Assembly (NCBI GenBank): GCA_036172245.1
Contig: JAYWIR010000032.1
Coordinates: forward strand, 2,604,001 to 2,668,000
DNA: 64,000 nucleotides
Source of the DNA: Raillietiella orientalis
Taxonomy: Eukaryota
Reading direction: 5' to 3'
Shown here: positions 27,801 to 40,945 of the stretch, in pieces
How the letters are laid out: the number at the start of each line of letters is the position of its first letter
Numbering within the stretch: position 1 is the stretch's first letter
The notes under the pieces: model-generated
What the model was told of the DNA's origin: nothing
Seen by the model: only the letters and a program-made list of their open reading frames with translations
The model's database searches: none
Position numbers and translations under genes: made by a program

Positions 27801-30800
27801 AAGCTTTTTAAACTGCTCGAGAAAGTAAGGACATGCAGATAACCGCCGTTCTTACATTCATTACAGGTAGACACCGAAAGTCACAGTAAATCTTCCTTCT
27901 TTCCCCCGTCTGTTCCGATGAGAATTCTTTCAAGTTATGGGCCACCAAGAAACAACCCGATCCCAAATCTTCGACCTTACTTGGGTTTTTTCCCCATTAA
28001 CAAGCTCTTCCTCAAGAAAATCATTCAACAAAATCGGCTTCCTTCTTTGAAGATGACCGTGAAGCTGCGTAGGTGAGAACACCCTCTGGCCGGTTAATCG
28101 AGGTGTCCTGACGGCAATTGCAGAGGGGAAGGTGGATGGCTTGCTCTGACCTCAGGGGAGTCAGTCTCTGCAAAACGTGATGCATCCGTGAAGCTCACTG
28201 GTGGTAAGGACCAGAAGACCTATTCGCTCAAAGCTCACAGGTGAGATTCTTTCCTTCACGACTTTTTTGATAAAATGGCCCTACTGGTGGGCAAATGCGC
28301 ACGGCAGCACTTTCTGCATTTACCACCGAATGAACTCATTGCCCCCATTCTCTACACGGTACCCACTTTTAGTCTGATCACACATCACACACAGCATTCT
28401 CTGTCGAAGGAGATTTCCCCTTTGTGCACGAGCAAACCCTTTTCGGTAGCCGCGAAAGATTCCTTACGTGAGCGTATCCTCTTTTAGAAAGCAACCGCCG
28501 ACCTTTGGTGACCCCTTTTTTTGCTGATAGGGGAGCGCTTACCACAGGGATGGCTAAATGACTTGCTTACACCCATCAGATTCTCATTTGCTCCTCTGCT
28601 TCCAGCCTCAGCATAGAAGTAGACAGGAAGGTGACACATACATCAAAAGGCATCACGGCTCACCTTAAATTGGACACCTTCTTGGCTGAGGCTCCGGAAA
28701 AATTTGTGAGGGATTTGTTAACCGCATTGGACCCCAGATCAAGAAAAAGCCAATCTGGGTTGCAAGAAGTTGGTCTTCAATGACCTTTGACTATTCACTG
28801 TGGAAAATTCCATTTCAGATCAACTGCACACCGAGAAAGAATCCCCTCGTGCACGTCTCGATCACACAAAAATACAAAATCCCGTTGGATTTCTGGAGCT
28901 ACCACTTCAAGGTAACGCTTCTTCCTTTTTTTCTTTTGTGTGGCGGTCTTCTTGTTAAATCGGCCTCTGAATCGCTGCGATCGCTCCCGGGTGCAGGGGA
29001 CCTGAGCGAACGGGGGAATCCCCGTGTCCCTGATTCGTGTCCTCAAAGTCGCAGCCCCGATCTCATGAATGACCGGTCAACTGGTTGGGTGAATTTGTCT
29101 GAGGGAGCGCTGGCGGTGTCATGGAACACGGGAGGAAACTGCGAGCACAACCACAGCTGGATTTCATCCGCTTGAGCTCATGTCCACCATTCCGCTTCTC
29201 CTCAGCCTCAGTTGCCCGAATTTTGCGATGCATCTTTCCCACGAAGAATTTTCTGGATTTCTCCGTGTGTGAGGCTCTACAGCTCGAGCTGTTCAGTAGC
29301 CCTCAGGCACGTTGGGTGAAGCCGCACCTATTTTCCGCAGAGAGCAGCGGTGGGCCTGCAGGGACATCTGGTGCTTTCCCGGAAGGGGCTCCCATTTATT
29401 CCTCATGAGATTTATGGGGTGTTACGGTGCGGGAGAAGGGCGAGCAAAGAGCAGCCATGCATGCTCCCTGAAGTAGGTGGACGTCACTCCCAGCTAATCC
29501 TTCTCGAGTTCGCGCCACTCCAGGAAAGCTTTTGATGTCGATGTTATCTCTTGCAAACGGGGACGTGGGTTCTCCCGAAAAGCATCGTGAAACTGCGAAG
29601 TTGGGATGAGTCTCCTTGGCATTCGCATTCGCCATTTGTTTCTCGCTGCTTGCGCTCGCGCATGCGCGGTCAAACACTTCGCCGAGCTCGCGCGCAACTG
29701 ATGCTGAGCGCAAGGGCAGAGCTTCCGTTGAGAGGATTCGATGTGCTAAGTATCGTGTGATCCACGCAGCGCTCTCGCTCTCTTCTGAAAAAGCGTTGCT
29801 CTTCTATGTTTAACCAATTTTCATGAGGTCGTCATTCGATCCGCTTAGTAGCGTAGAAACCTCATTTTCCTGTAAGATCTTCTCTTCCGAAAAGTTCCCT
29901 GAGACTTTGATTTTTCCAGATAAAGGACAAGTGCTATCTGATATTCATCCCTTCCAAAAGCCTTCAATTTCATCTTTCAACAAGGATTATAGAAGGCAAA
30001 CTCGTTGAAGTAGACTTTCAGAAGAATGAACTTCGTTTTGGAACTGATGTGTTGCCTGCGCCTCCCCCGCCTCCGCGGCCTGTAGATCCAACAGCTACGG
30101 ATTTAAATTACTATAGATAAGGTCTTGGATTTGAGGATCACCATGTTTTGGGAAGTTTGTTCGGAGTTTGAAAGCACTGATGACAACTCTGCTCACGCAC
30201 TTCTAAAATCACGTGGCGGATCGGAATGTGTTTGAAATGCTTCTATTAAAAGAGCACGCAGTTTTTCTGAGTTGTGCAAAATAAACTCATGCTGTGAGGG
30301 ATTCGGTCCATTCCAAGGTTTGGATAACGAAAAAGAGTCGCCACTCCTTGCGGTCGACGCAGCACGCATGTTGCCTATTGCCCACAGCATCCTTTTGTTC
30401 TCCACCTCGACGTCCGCTTCGATTCCGCCCAGGACAGCTTCTGCGAATGACCTTTTCTCGCCTTTCCCGCAGAGGCTGCTCGCGCGTGTGGTTGCCACAC
30501 TGAAGCGGTTGATGCTTCACCTACTTCCTTGGAACGGGTCGGACATCCCTCTTCATGATTGAGGAGGAGGCACCTCTGATCTTCTGCCTTTTTCACCAGA
30601 ATTCAAAGTCACGAGGCCATTTGAAATGGAGAATGCATAGACCTTGCGAAGGAGACGCCGACTTCGTGCGTGGAGTGTGCGTCTTTAGCGCGTTATGCCT
30701 TTGCAGGTGCGTCCGACTTCTCGCACGTGAGTGACTACGTAGAGAAAGGTGACCCGTGGAGTAAATGCGAGGCCGCGGCAGGATGCGGCCATGTACAGCG

Positions 30801-31030
30801 CGCGCACACATCATAGGCCTCCGCTGGCTCGCTCTCGCTTTCCACGCATCATTCACGCATCCTAGGATAGCGCCGTTTTTCCGGTGCCAGAGTTCACGAG
30901 CACCGGAATTAAATATGGCACCTGGATTTAAAGTTTAGTCTACCGCTTAAGCCAGCTGTCTTTGTGTGCGTGAGCCAATCACCGACTTTCCACCTCTTTG
31001 CCGCTTCATAGGGGTGCCCTTCGGACACCA
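23295..31030 (+). repeat. Segmental duplication unit, copy 2 (7.7 kb, contains gene B)
   Basis: Direct repeat of 5298-13033 with scattered substitutions and no net indel. Confidence 0.95.
26916..30120 (+). CDS. Secreted pepsin-like pseudo-protease, paralog B (recent duplicate of A), 9 exons, 371 aa
   Basis: Same exons as A shifted by +17,997. Splice sites and frame are intact. About 7 amino-acid differences from A counted by eye (T>I, A>T, F>S, R>G, H>Y, Q>P, G>W). Confidence 0.88.
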
Positions 31031-31039
31031 CTTCGGCGT

Positions 31040-33480
31040 ATTTCGAGAGCAGGGTGAGGCTGCTTCCGAAGCTAGGAGGCCTGACCGAGGTGACCCAACG
31101 GCGACTCATCTCCACACTGAACACGGACGTAAAGTGGTTGGCCAGGATCTGTTTCACCCTTCTGAGCAAGATGCTGCCATTCGGTATCTGCCGATTGCGC
31201 ACTTCCGCGATGCCTTGACGCCGCATGTCTTACAACGTGAAGTGTGGTCAGGCCACCATGGATTGCAGTCGCTGCATCGGCGACAACGTGGTGCTGGGCT
31301 TCAAGGATATGAAGAAGGCGTTCGATACTGTGGACCATGGGATGTTGCTGAACATTTTGAGGAAACTGGGCTACATGGAACACTTCGGCAACTACGTGTA
31401 GAGGAAGCTCGAAGGGCAGTGCTGCAAGATAATCATCAACGGGCAAGAAACAGCAGCCATCCGAGCGAAGAGGGAACTACGGCAACGAGACGTTCTCAGT
31501 TCGAGCCTGTTGGTGGTGCACATGGAGACGATGTTGTCACCGCTATACTATATCGGCCGTCTCCAAGGAATGCGACTAGACGACGACACACTGACGCAAC
31601 AGGCGTATTCGGACGGTGTCCTCTTCTTCCTGAAATACGAGAGGCGTCAGCAAGTGTTCCTTGGTGTCCTCGAGTCCTTTGGAAAGGCCTGGACTTGAAG
31701 ATCAACGCCCAGAAATCCCATCTATTGTCCACCTTAATCCTAGACCTCTCCGCCTAATCGAAGGAAGGATTCCGAGTGAATTCCGAAACAGTCATCGGTG
31801 AACACACATCATCCTGGAATACGGCCTAGAAGTGAGGAATATTGAGAGTGGAACTGTCCATGATCATTCGTTGCTTTCTACGGGTTCTTTGGGATAGCAT
31901 GAAGTGGATATCCGAAAGCCCATGGATGGCAATAAAGGACTGTGAGCAGTTCGTAGTCAGTAGAGGCCTCCAAAAGATGCTACTGATCCGCCTCACCAAG
32001 AAGATGATGGGAAGATTTACAGGGAGCAGTGAGAACTCTGGGCAAATCAGGAATTCAACTGTAGGCGCTTCATCACCACTGCAAATTTCCAGCAAGCCAG
32101 GACGAAGAATCACGACGAGTACGGCGCTCTGTCTGAGGCCGCCATCCGCTACGGATTTCGCCAGAGAAGCGAAGTCACGGGTTGGACTCAAGTTGTTTTG
32201 CCGTCTGCGTAAAGAAGTGGGGACCGGGACGAGGTCGCTGCTCTAGGTCGTTGATTTCCTGGATGCGCGTCATCTCCTGACCTTCACCATCGGTTGAGAA
32301 GAATGTCCCTGTGCAGCCCTCAGAGCCCTCTCTAGTTTGGTTAACCAGTGGGGTGGTTTGATTTCGGTGCTCATAGACAAACACGGAGATTGGGGCAGTA
32401 TTGACACAACATGGAGAAGGATGCAGGCACTGGTGACCAAACGCCGCGTCAAAGTAGTGCTTCGAAGCAAAGAAACATGGAAAGAGGAACCTGATGAGTT
32501 CATCCCGTTCTTCGTGTCGGTTCTGAAAGAAACTTCGATGTAGAAGTTCCAGAGGTCACCGATGACTATCCAGTCATCGGTCACCTGACTGAGAGCAGTT
32601 TGCAATAAATAATGTCATGGAATGCGACTGTTTATATATGTGAGAAAAATGATTGTGAGAGTTAGCAGCAAGATGCTGGAGGTTTGGGAACACCAAGGAT
32701 CTAAATTGTGGATTTTATTAAGCAAAGCTAATTTCCGTGGCACCATAAAGGAAACTATTGAATTAATAGCGGTGGTTCAACTTTAGAATGAGTCGTTTGC
32801 TCATCCTGTTTTTTCTCCTGAGCAATTTTCTCAGAAGCAGCGGTGAATTGTTCAGTCTTTCCAATTTCCTTACTCTGAACTTCGTTTTTTAAAACTTTTC
32901 CAATGCCCTCGAGAATTTTCTTCTCATTCAATTTTGCCCTCTCTTCAGTATCATCTTTATTCAGTGAATTAGGGTCATACAAAGTGCCTTTTTTGTCATT
33001 GGGAAAAGGAACACCTACTTCCCCATTTATAGCAAATATTGTACCAATAGCTGCAGCCACTATTGCAAATGTGGACCAAAAATTAATATTGAAACAGTGG
33101 GAGAGCAGACAGCAAGAAAAATCTTACCTGTGAACGTTGCAATATCAAGAGAATGACGCCCTTGTCATAGTGGCCAACTGCTACGGTGCACGAACAGCGA
33201 ACCTGCAAGCAGTTGGAACACCGTTTAGGAGTGACCTTCCGCCTGTCACTCAAGAAGACCTCCTGATGTTTTATCATGGAGGGATTCTGAGTGATTCCAG
33301 ACTTTGTCATTGGACTGGTAACATGAAAGAAGGACTCTGCATATGGGACTGAAGAAAAGCAGCTCCACGTCCTCACCTGTCCGACACTCCTACAGGATTG
33401 GAGCGTTCCAAAGGCGGCCATCAAAATCCAGTGGTCTACCACAGTACATTGCTGAACTAACCCATTCACTCCAGCACGTT
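31040..33480 (+). mobile_element. Decayed family-2 LINE ORF2 fragment, interrupted by an AT-rich insert
   Basis: Matches about 20190-20920. KSRVGLKLFCRLRKEVG, SIDTTWRR and RSDLPPVTQEDLLMFYHGG match the 36424-38400 protein. Confidence 0.82.
32600..33090 (-). other. AT-rich insert carrying a 5'-truncated ORF fragment (stop at 32755)
   Basis: Two hand-counted 60-nt lines are 33% and 38% G+C, against roughly half G+C in the flanks. The frame FWSTFAIVAAAIGTIFAING...KVEPPLLIQ* has no ATG and shows no similarity to the flanking LINE. Confidence 0.55.
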
Positions 33481-35706
33481 TATTAAAAACTTGAACGGGT
33501 CTGTCCTTCTGACGTGGCGAACGATTGTGGCACTGCCGTCGGACCCTCAGAGGACTCGAAGAACGCGGCATAGCTTCCACTACCTGCCAGGTCACCCTCT
33601 GCGGTGTCAGCAGCGACTTCGGCGTCTCTTCGATCGTTCGCCGCGGTTCGCGGTCGATCGCGGTAACGCGTTCGATTTTCGCCACGCATTGGCGCACGCG
33701 TTCCCTTCGTGTGCTCTCCGCGCCATCGCATCCAGAGGATTTCAATCATTGTTTTCCATCCTTTTCTTTTTTTTTTTATATCTTATGTGGTTAGTCAGCC
33801 TCCGGTCTCAATGCTGCAGCCTTCGGTTGCGCGTGCGCCGCCATGTCCCAACGGAAGTTGTGCTGGTTTTGAGGGCTTCGGGATCACTCGTGGGCCCCCG
33901 ATTGACTCTGGCTTTCCTTGCACTCTCTCTCCTACCCTCTCGCTATAAGGGAAAGAGAGGACTCCTATTCCCTATGGAGCAAATGACCTGGATTCGCTTT
34001 ATTTCACTGCATTCAGGACACGAGACTTCAAGACTCCTCCACTTGGATGAAACTTGGTTGCTCTGAGGCGTCTATTTCTGAAAAATAAAAGTACAGGTCA
34101 GTAACAGGACGTTTGGTCTAGCCATGTTATAAACAAACAAAAAAGAAACTGCCGGGGACCGGCACGCAGACCGATGAGGTCTACTGCAGAGGGGCGAGAG
34201 CAGCAGAAGGCAGCAGAAAGGAAGGAGAATCAACGGCAAAAAAAATAAGACAGGAGAAAAATTGGGAGAGTTCGGAGATGAATCACCGGATGCTAATGGG
34301 CGTCCTCTGCATTTTTATAATGTTGCCAGCAAGTTCCTGTTTTACAGTTCCTAGATGGGACCAATCTCACGCTATTCTCAGGAAGAGGAAGGCAAAACAG
34401 ATGGCGTCCCTGTTCTGCGTCGTTCTGCCCTCTTCTGTCGTCGCTCCATGCGGTCACTGCCGCGTAGCAGCAAAAGTGCTGCTAAAAGTGCGGCCAGCGT
34501 GATGGCGTCGCTCTGGAAGAGGCGCTTCAGAAGATCTCTGGAGCTGCCCTCAGATCCGCAGGAGGAAGGAAAGGCTTTCCCCACATGGAGCGCAGGGCAA
34601 AAAAAACCAAGAGCAGGTGCGGGAGGGACATTCTTTCTACGAAACTGCAGCAGTTGGGACTTTCACTGCCCGCGTCCAATGCTGTCGACGCGCGTTACAT
34701 GAGAGACCCTCATGAAACAACGGGAACGCTGACTCTTGCCGGGGGAAGGAAGCACCGTTCCACCACGCTGGGAGCCAATGTACCAGCTCCCTAGGAATTC
34801 GTAGTAGCTCTCCCCAGCGTAGCAGTCCTGTTCGTGGGACAGTCGGGGTGGAAGCGTCCGTCAGCTCCCGAATTGTCTACGCACCCAGTTGTTTCTTCCT
34901 GTTTTGTATATGAAACGTTACTACCCACCTATCTGGAAGTTTGCAGCCCTTTTCTCCTCCAAAGAATATTAGCGCTGGAGCTAGGGGAGTGAACGACTTT
35001 CCTAGCCTATCCTAACCTAGCCAAACACAGCCGCTGGATGGGCTGCTTCCACTCTTCTGAACGAAAAACCTGCTAACTCGATAAGGCCTTCCTTATGGCT
35101 CTATCGCACCCAGTCCCGTCAAAGAATGCGCGATGTCCCCGAGCAGGCGATCCTTTACGGACCGTCTCTCCGCTTCCGGAGCCACTGTCCGAGCTTGATC
35201 AGACGCCCCCCACTGTCGGTGACAACTTACGAGCGCTGTCCGCTTCCTCCCTCGCCTTCCTCGGTTCCCGAAAGGCGCTGCGTTCCGCGATCCCTCCCCT
35301 GATTTCCGGGGGCATCCTGCAAAAGCAAGAATGGCGGAAGCAAAGACGTTTTCAGGAACGAAGCAACTTCCAGGACCTTCATGCGTGGTTCTCCGCATGA
35401 GTGATTGCTGCCTGTCGAAGTGCTGCGCACACAAGGAACAGAAGAAAAGTCTCTACTTGGTGATCCATCGTTCGATCACATCAATGACTGCTACCGAAAT
35501 AGGGAGGAAAAGACGTATTTCGGGGGGAAAGATCCGTGAACACCTGCAAGAATCCAGGAAAATGATCCCAAGGATGCTGCGTCTTCGTCATATGAATGCT
35601 CCTCAAATCCTTCGAGAAAGTACACAGGCAAAAAGGGAGCGGTCGTTCTCTTTGCCAGAGACGCAGTGCATCGAATCGGAACCCGAAGTTCTCCATCGGC
35701 CTCCAC

Positions 35707-38700
35707 ATGTGGACATCCACGGCATTCTTCTCCGCTTTAATTGCGGTTTCCTGGTAAAAATGCGGGCAGCATGCTTGTAGGTGACTTTCACATTCCCTCT
35801 CGCACTTTCCTAGGGCAGCCACACTTCTTCCTGCGGAAGAAACCTTTCCACTTCGTTACAATAAGGTGAGTGCAGCCTTGCGCCTCCCTCACACTCTTAG
35901 AATGCAGGGCATCTACGTGCTCGAAGCTTCTCTGGGATCTCCGCCTCAACCCTTATCCCTTGCATTGGACGCTACAATGTACTCGGCTGTGGTCTTGCTG
36001 AGCCACTGCTGCCCAACTCCGTATTGCAGTGAGGGACCATAGCGCTCGCGACTAACCTTTCCGTGTTTGCTTTTCCATTGCAGAGGACCGTCTCAGATTC
36101 AGAAACAGGGATTCCGATACATTTCACTTCCACAAAGTGAAGAAAACGGAAATCTTCTGGACAGAATACCAGTCTTTCGTCGGCAATGACTCACTCGAGG
36201 TAATTGCCGACTCGGGATCGAGCGTCAAGAGCTGTTGCATTCGATTCTACGGGAATGGATTCAGCTGCAGAGTTGCGGCCATCGGCGAGTTTCCCCAAGT
36301 CCCACAAGGGGTGGGGTAAATTTATTTTTCTATAAAAATACACTTTTTACATTCACACTCTCATTCACTCAATACAAACACTTTGCACTTGGGAGTCCTT
36401 GGGTTGCACTGGAGTTCTGCTTTTCAGGGGAGGAATCCAGCTGGATGGTCCCGAGCGTCGTCCTCGATCCTCTTCAGGATGAATCGGTACGTCCAGGCGT
36501 GGATCTTTCCACAGTTCCTGATACCGATTTCCCTCTTCAGAAGCCCTTGTAGGATCTCCATCGGTGGTGCGGCTCTCCTGGCTTTCCTCATTTTCCACCA
36601 CCGCACAAGTATGGCGGTGATGAAGAGGGCTATGGTCGTCCTCACCATGGGATTGTAACAGGGAACATTACCATCCCCCTGAAACATCCCGGCGAGGATC
36701 TCCATAACGGACTTGTTGGTAAGTCCTATGATTCTATTCAGGATCAGCCAGTCATGCAGCAATGTGGGACACGTCAAGACGTGAAGTCTCGTGTCGATGT
36801 CTCCACATGCTGTGCAGTCTCGGTCTTCCCGTCTTCCGGTGAAGTGCTGCAATCGTGACCCACTCTGGATTCCTCCATGATAAAACATCAGGAGGTCGTC
36901 CTGGGTCCCCGGCGGAAGGTCACTCCTCCAGAGCGTCGTGCCGATCGCTAGCAGGTTGATGCGATCGCTCCCGTAGCGGTCGGCGGCTTCTTGGAGGGCA
37001 CTGGTGTCTCTTTCGTCCTCCTTGATCAATCTGCGGAGGTTCATTTTGGTTACCCTCGACCACGCGAAGTCGTGGTGGTTAATCCACACCTCGCGGGTGT
37101 GATGGGTGAACCTCCCTAACATCATCTCTATGTACCGAAGTACACGAGAGTGATGTAGGTATCCTCCTCGGCGCCATTCCTGGATCCGTTGCAGGGTAAC
37201 TCTGGGCCGCTGGTAGATCCAGCTTCTCGTGTCCGGAGGGACCGGAAGCATCCAAGGGATCACCAGGATGGACTCGTCCTGCCAGAATTCCCTGCTTCTT
37301 GGCACGATCTTCATCTTGTGCTTTCGCACCAGCCGTTGTTTTCGTCTCCAGGTCGGGTCGATGCTGATCCATTCCCCTGCTCGACCTAGCAGCGCAGTCA
37401 TCAGGCCTTTCGAGTTGTTGAGCAACAACGCGTAGGCCCTGTGCGCCGCATACGGCCAGTCATCCCAGTGTGTGGCTATATCCAGGATGTGTCGCGTATC
37501 CATGATTTCCATGGAATGTGCAGGCGATTTCATCCCGGAACCGCCTTCTTCCCTGGGACGACACAGGGGTTTTAGACGAACTCTTGGGCGATAGTGGCCC
37601 CACAATGTTTTGCGCTGCAGCTTCTCAACTTCTCTCGTGGTTTCTTTATTCATTCTAGCGAAGGCCGCCCCGAAGAGTACTTCTGGAAGAAGTACTCCGT
37701 TCCATAGGTTGGTTCTCCGCTTCATGTTGAAATCCAGTCGAGTGTACTTCGCTGCTTCCTTGGCCGTTTTCCCCAGGATTTCCGTCCACAGCAGCTTCGA
37801 CGCAGAGTCGTCTCCGATGTAGACTCCCAGGTACTTGGCCGTATTCACCGTACGGAATCCACTCCCCGTGAGAGTGGAGAGGTTCAGGATTCCGACGGGC
37901 AAAAGCTGGCTCTTCTGGGAATTGATTTTTAAGTCCAAGCCCTGTTCCATCAGGTCTACCACATCCAGAAACGCTCGTTGATTTCTCTCTCCCTTGATGA
38001 AGAAGAGATCATCAGCGTATGCCAGATGGGTAAGACGCTGGCCATCGATGGTTATTCCATTCAGTCGTCCGCTCTTCTCGATAAAGGACGACAACGCCTC
38101 CATATAGATGACGAACAGCATCGGACTTAGAGAGTCGCCCTGTCGGACTCCTCTTTCCATCCTGATTGCTGCCGTCTCCTGGCCGTTGATCTTGATCCGA
38201 GAGTACTGGTTCTCGAGTACCGCCCTCACGAAGCTGCTGAAGTGTTCCGGAAGCCCTAGCTTCTCCAGAACCTTCAGCAGCATCCCGTGGTCGATGGAGT
38301 CGAAGGCCTTCTCCATGTCAGTGAACACCAGTACCAGGTTCTCGCCGACGTATCGGCTGAGTCCAACAGTGACCTGGGCACACTTGACATTGTCCGACAT
38401 GTGTCGTCCTGGGACTGCACATGTTTGGACCGGAGAGATTAGCGGCCATCAACGACGGCGTCGATCGGTGATATTCTGCATTTCCATCCCTTTGCGGATT
38501 ATGCGCGGTTTCTTCGCACGAAGTGCTGTGGCACCATCGTCACCAAGTTGGGTGCTTCTTCCTGTCCTTGTTCGGGGCCGAGGGTCCTGGAAACCTTAAA
38601 AATGCCAACCGTTATTTTCTTAGCTAGCACGGGAACAGGATCGCGCTAGCAAATCTGAAAGAGTCGGGGCCCTTCTGTGCGCGTTGTCATGGGTGCAAGA

Positions 38701-40945
38701 GTTTGTGCGCGTCCTCTGCCGCATGGCTTGGACTTCAAGGGGAAAGCGCGTTAGTAGAAGCCGAGTCGAGTCAGCGAAACAGTAACAACGTGCGGATGAC
38801 CACCGTCGTAACAGGAATTCGTTTCAGGTCATGACAGATCGAGGTGAGAAATCGGCGTTGCTGCCGACTAGAGTCCCGATACGCGTTGTTTCATCTTATG
38901 AGCCTGTACGCAACCACCCTTACCCAAAAGTAAACCCCTATTCTGGCAGTTTCCCCATCACCAAGAACTACCTAACAGCAATAAGCCGTCAGCAACGGTT
39001 TCCCTCTTTCAAGATGACGGTGAGCTTCAAAGGGTAAGAAGACGCGGCGACCTGATGAGAACCGTTCCATGACGAGATTCGCAGAGAAAGGGGTGGAGAA
39101 CTGACGCTGAGCGCCAGCGACAGCAAAGTGAGGCGAGGTTTCGACGCCACAGTGCATCTCCGAAACGCCAAGGGCCAAAATGGCTATTCGTTCAAATCCA
39201 AAAGGTGAGGTGCTGTTCTTCGGCGTTCCCCCAAGAAAGTTGACCTACTGAAGGAAAGGTGCACCGCCGAGACCGCCGCATGTGCTTGCCGCCGGCTACG
39301 CCCTTTCCCGCTTTGCGAGATGGTTCACACTCGTATTCTGACCTCAGTTCACGCACATTGGAGGTCTTTATGCAGAAAATCTTCCCCGTATAGGGTGAGC
39401 GAATTCTCAACGATCGTCGCAAGAGGTTATCCTTTCCACGTCCACGTTACCCAGCTAGGAAGGAAATGCCGTCCCTCCGAGACAGGAGAAGCTCCAATCT
39501 GTAGATAGGGTGGTCCCTGTCACTGAATGGGCAAGATGACTTGCCGCCAAGAGATGCTCATTCTCGTCTCTCCTTCCAGGATCCAGATATCAACGGAAGA
39601 CGCAGATGTACACGCAACAGAAGATGTTACGACTCACCTGAGATTGGACAGTTTCTTGAGTATCGCTCCTGAGGCTTTCGTAGAGGACCTGGCAGCGGCA
39701 GTCTCTATCGACGCGACATACAAGCATATAGGATTGTTCCGGGTTGGTCCCCACTGACCTTAGAAAATCCATGAGAAAGCGTCATTCCAGGTTAACTGCA
39801 ATACGGAAACCAGTGCTACGGTAGACGTCTGGATCACCGAAAGCTACAAAATCAATTTGACATTTCGTCAGTACACATTCGAGGTGATTCTGCTCTCCCC
39901 TTGGGGTGGGTGTTGTTGCAAGCCTCCGTAAAGACGGCCGCCGATTCGCTGCATTCGCACCTGCCTCATCCCATGCGCAAAAATCCTGAGCTCTCTCTGG
40001 AACCTCTCGTGTCCCTGATTCCAGCTGACCCGCAGCCTCAAACACGTGAATGACTGGTGAACTCGTTGAGAAGAGTTGCCTGAAGAGGCGCTGCCGATGA
40101 CTTCGACCGCTGCGAGCAGGAGAGCAGCTGGATGCCATCCGCGCGACTGCATGTTTCCCTTGCCCCATCTCCCCAGCCGCAGCAGCATGGACTTGGCGAT
40201 GCATCTTTCCCACGAATTATTTTCTCATTCATGTTGAGCGTGGGGCTCCGCTGCCCGGACTGACCAGAAGCATTCGAACGCCCCTCGGGAGGAGCAGAAC
40301 GACACAATGCGGGTACTCGAGAGTAGGTGGACGTCGCTCGCAACCCATTCTTTCCGATGGCGCTTTAATTCCGGAAAGCTTTAAATCTAGATTGGACCCC
40401 TTGGGAATGGAATGTGGGGAGTCCCAGAAAGCATCGGGAGGCTGCCATTTTTGCATCCGCCTCGAAGGTTTCCGCTCCCACCTTATGCCACTCGCGCATT
40501 GTCTTTCTCGCTGCACGCGCACACGCATGCGCGTTTGGTGCCTCACTCGAACACCTCGAAGCACTGCGTGCACGCGACTCTGTAGCCGAGTGCTTGCGTT
40601 CCTTGGAGACCATTCGATGTGCGTGGTGGTCCACAATCCATGCCCCATCCGCTGTCTTTTTTGAATACGCGATGCTTTTGTGCTTTCTCCCTATTAGCTC
40701 GACGTTTACGTTCGATGCACTCGGTTGCGTGAGCAACCCCTTCTCTTGACAAACATTCTCTTCGGACACGTTTCATACGTGTTTCTTCCCTTTAGATGGA
40801 CAACAAATGCTACCTCATATTCTTTGATAGCGATTCCGACGAGTTTGAACTTTCTACGAGTGTATTAGAAGGAAGGACGGTCCAAGTGGACTTCAAAAAG
40901 AACACCCTTTCATTCGCATTGGAATACGCTTCAACGGACGGATGA
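35707..40945 (+). CDS. Secreted pepsin-like pseudo-protease, paralog C, 9 exons, 355 aa; LINE inserted in intron 4
   Basis: Exons 35707-35753, 35814-35865, 35908-36028, 36084-36199, 38828-39033, 39085-39204, 39580-39742, 39791-39883, 40796-40945. Translation: MWTSTAFFSALIAVSWA...GIYVLEASLGSPPQPLSLALDATMYSAVVLLSHCCPTPYC...THLRLDSFLSIAP...VNC...KCYLIF...VQVDFKKNTLSF. Confidence 0.87.
36284..38441 (-). mobile_element. Young 5'-truncated LINE (family 2) inserted antisense in intron 4 of gene C, 9-bp TSD
   Basis: Open frame 36424-38400 with DMEKAFDSID, GVRQGDSLSP, YADD, KYLGV and CTAC...HVLTC. TSD gcggccatc at 36275-36283 and 38442-38450. The rejoined flanks match intron 4 of paralog A. Confidence 0.93.
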
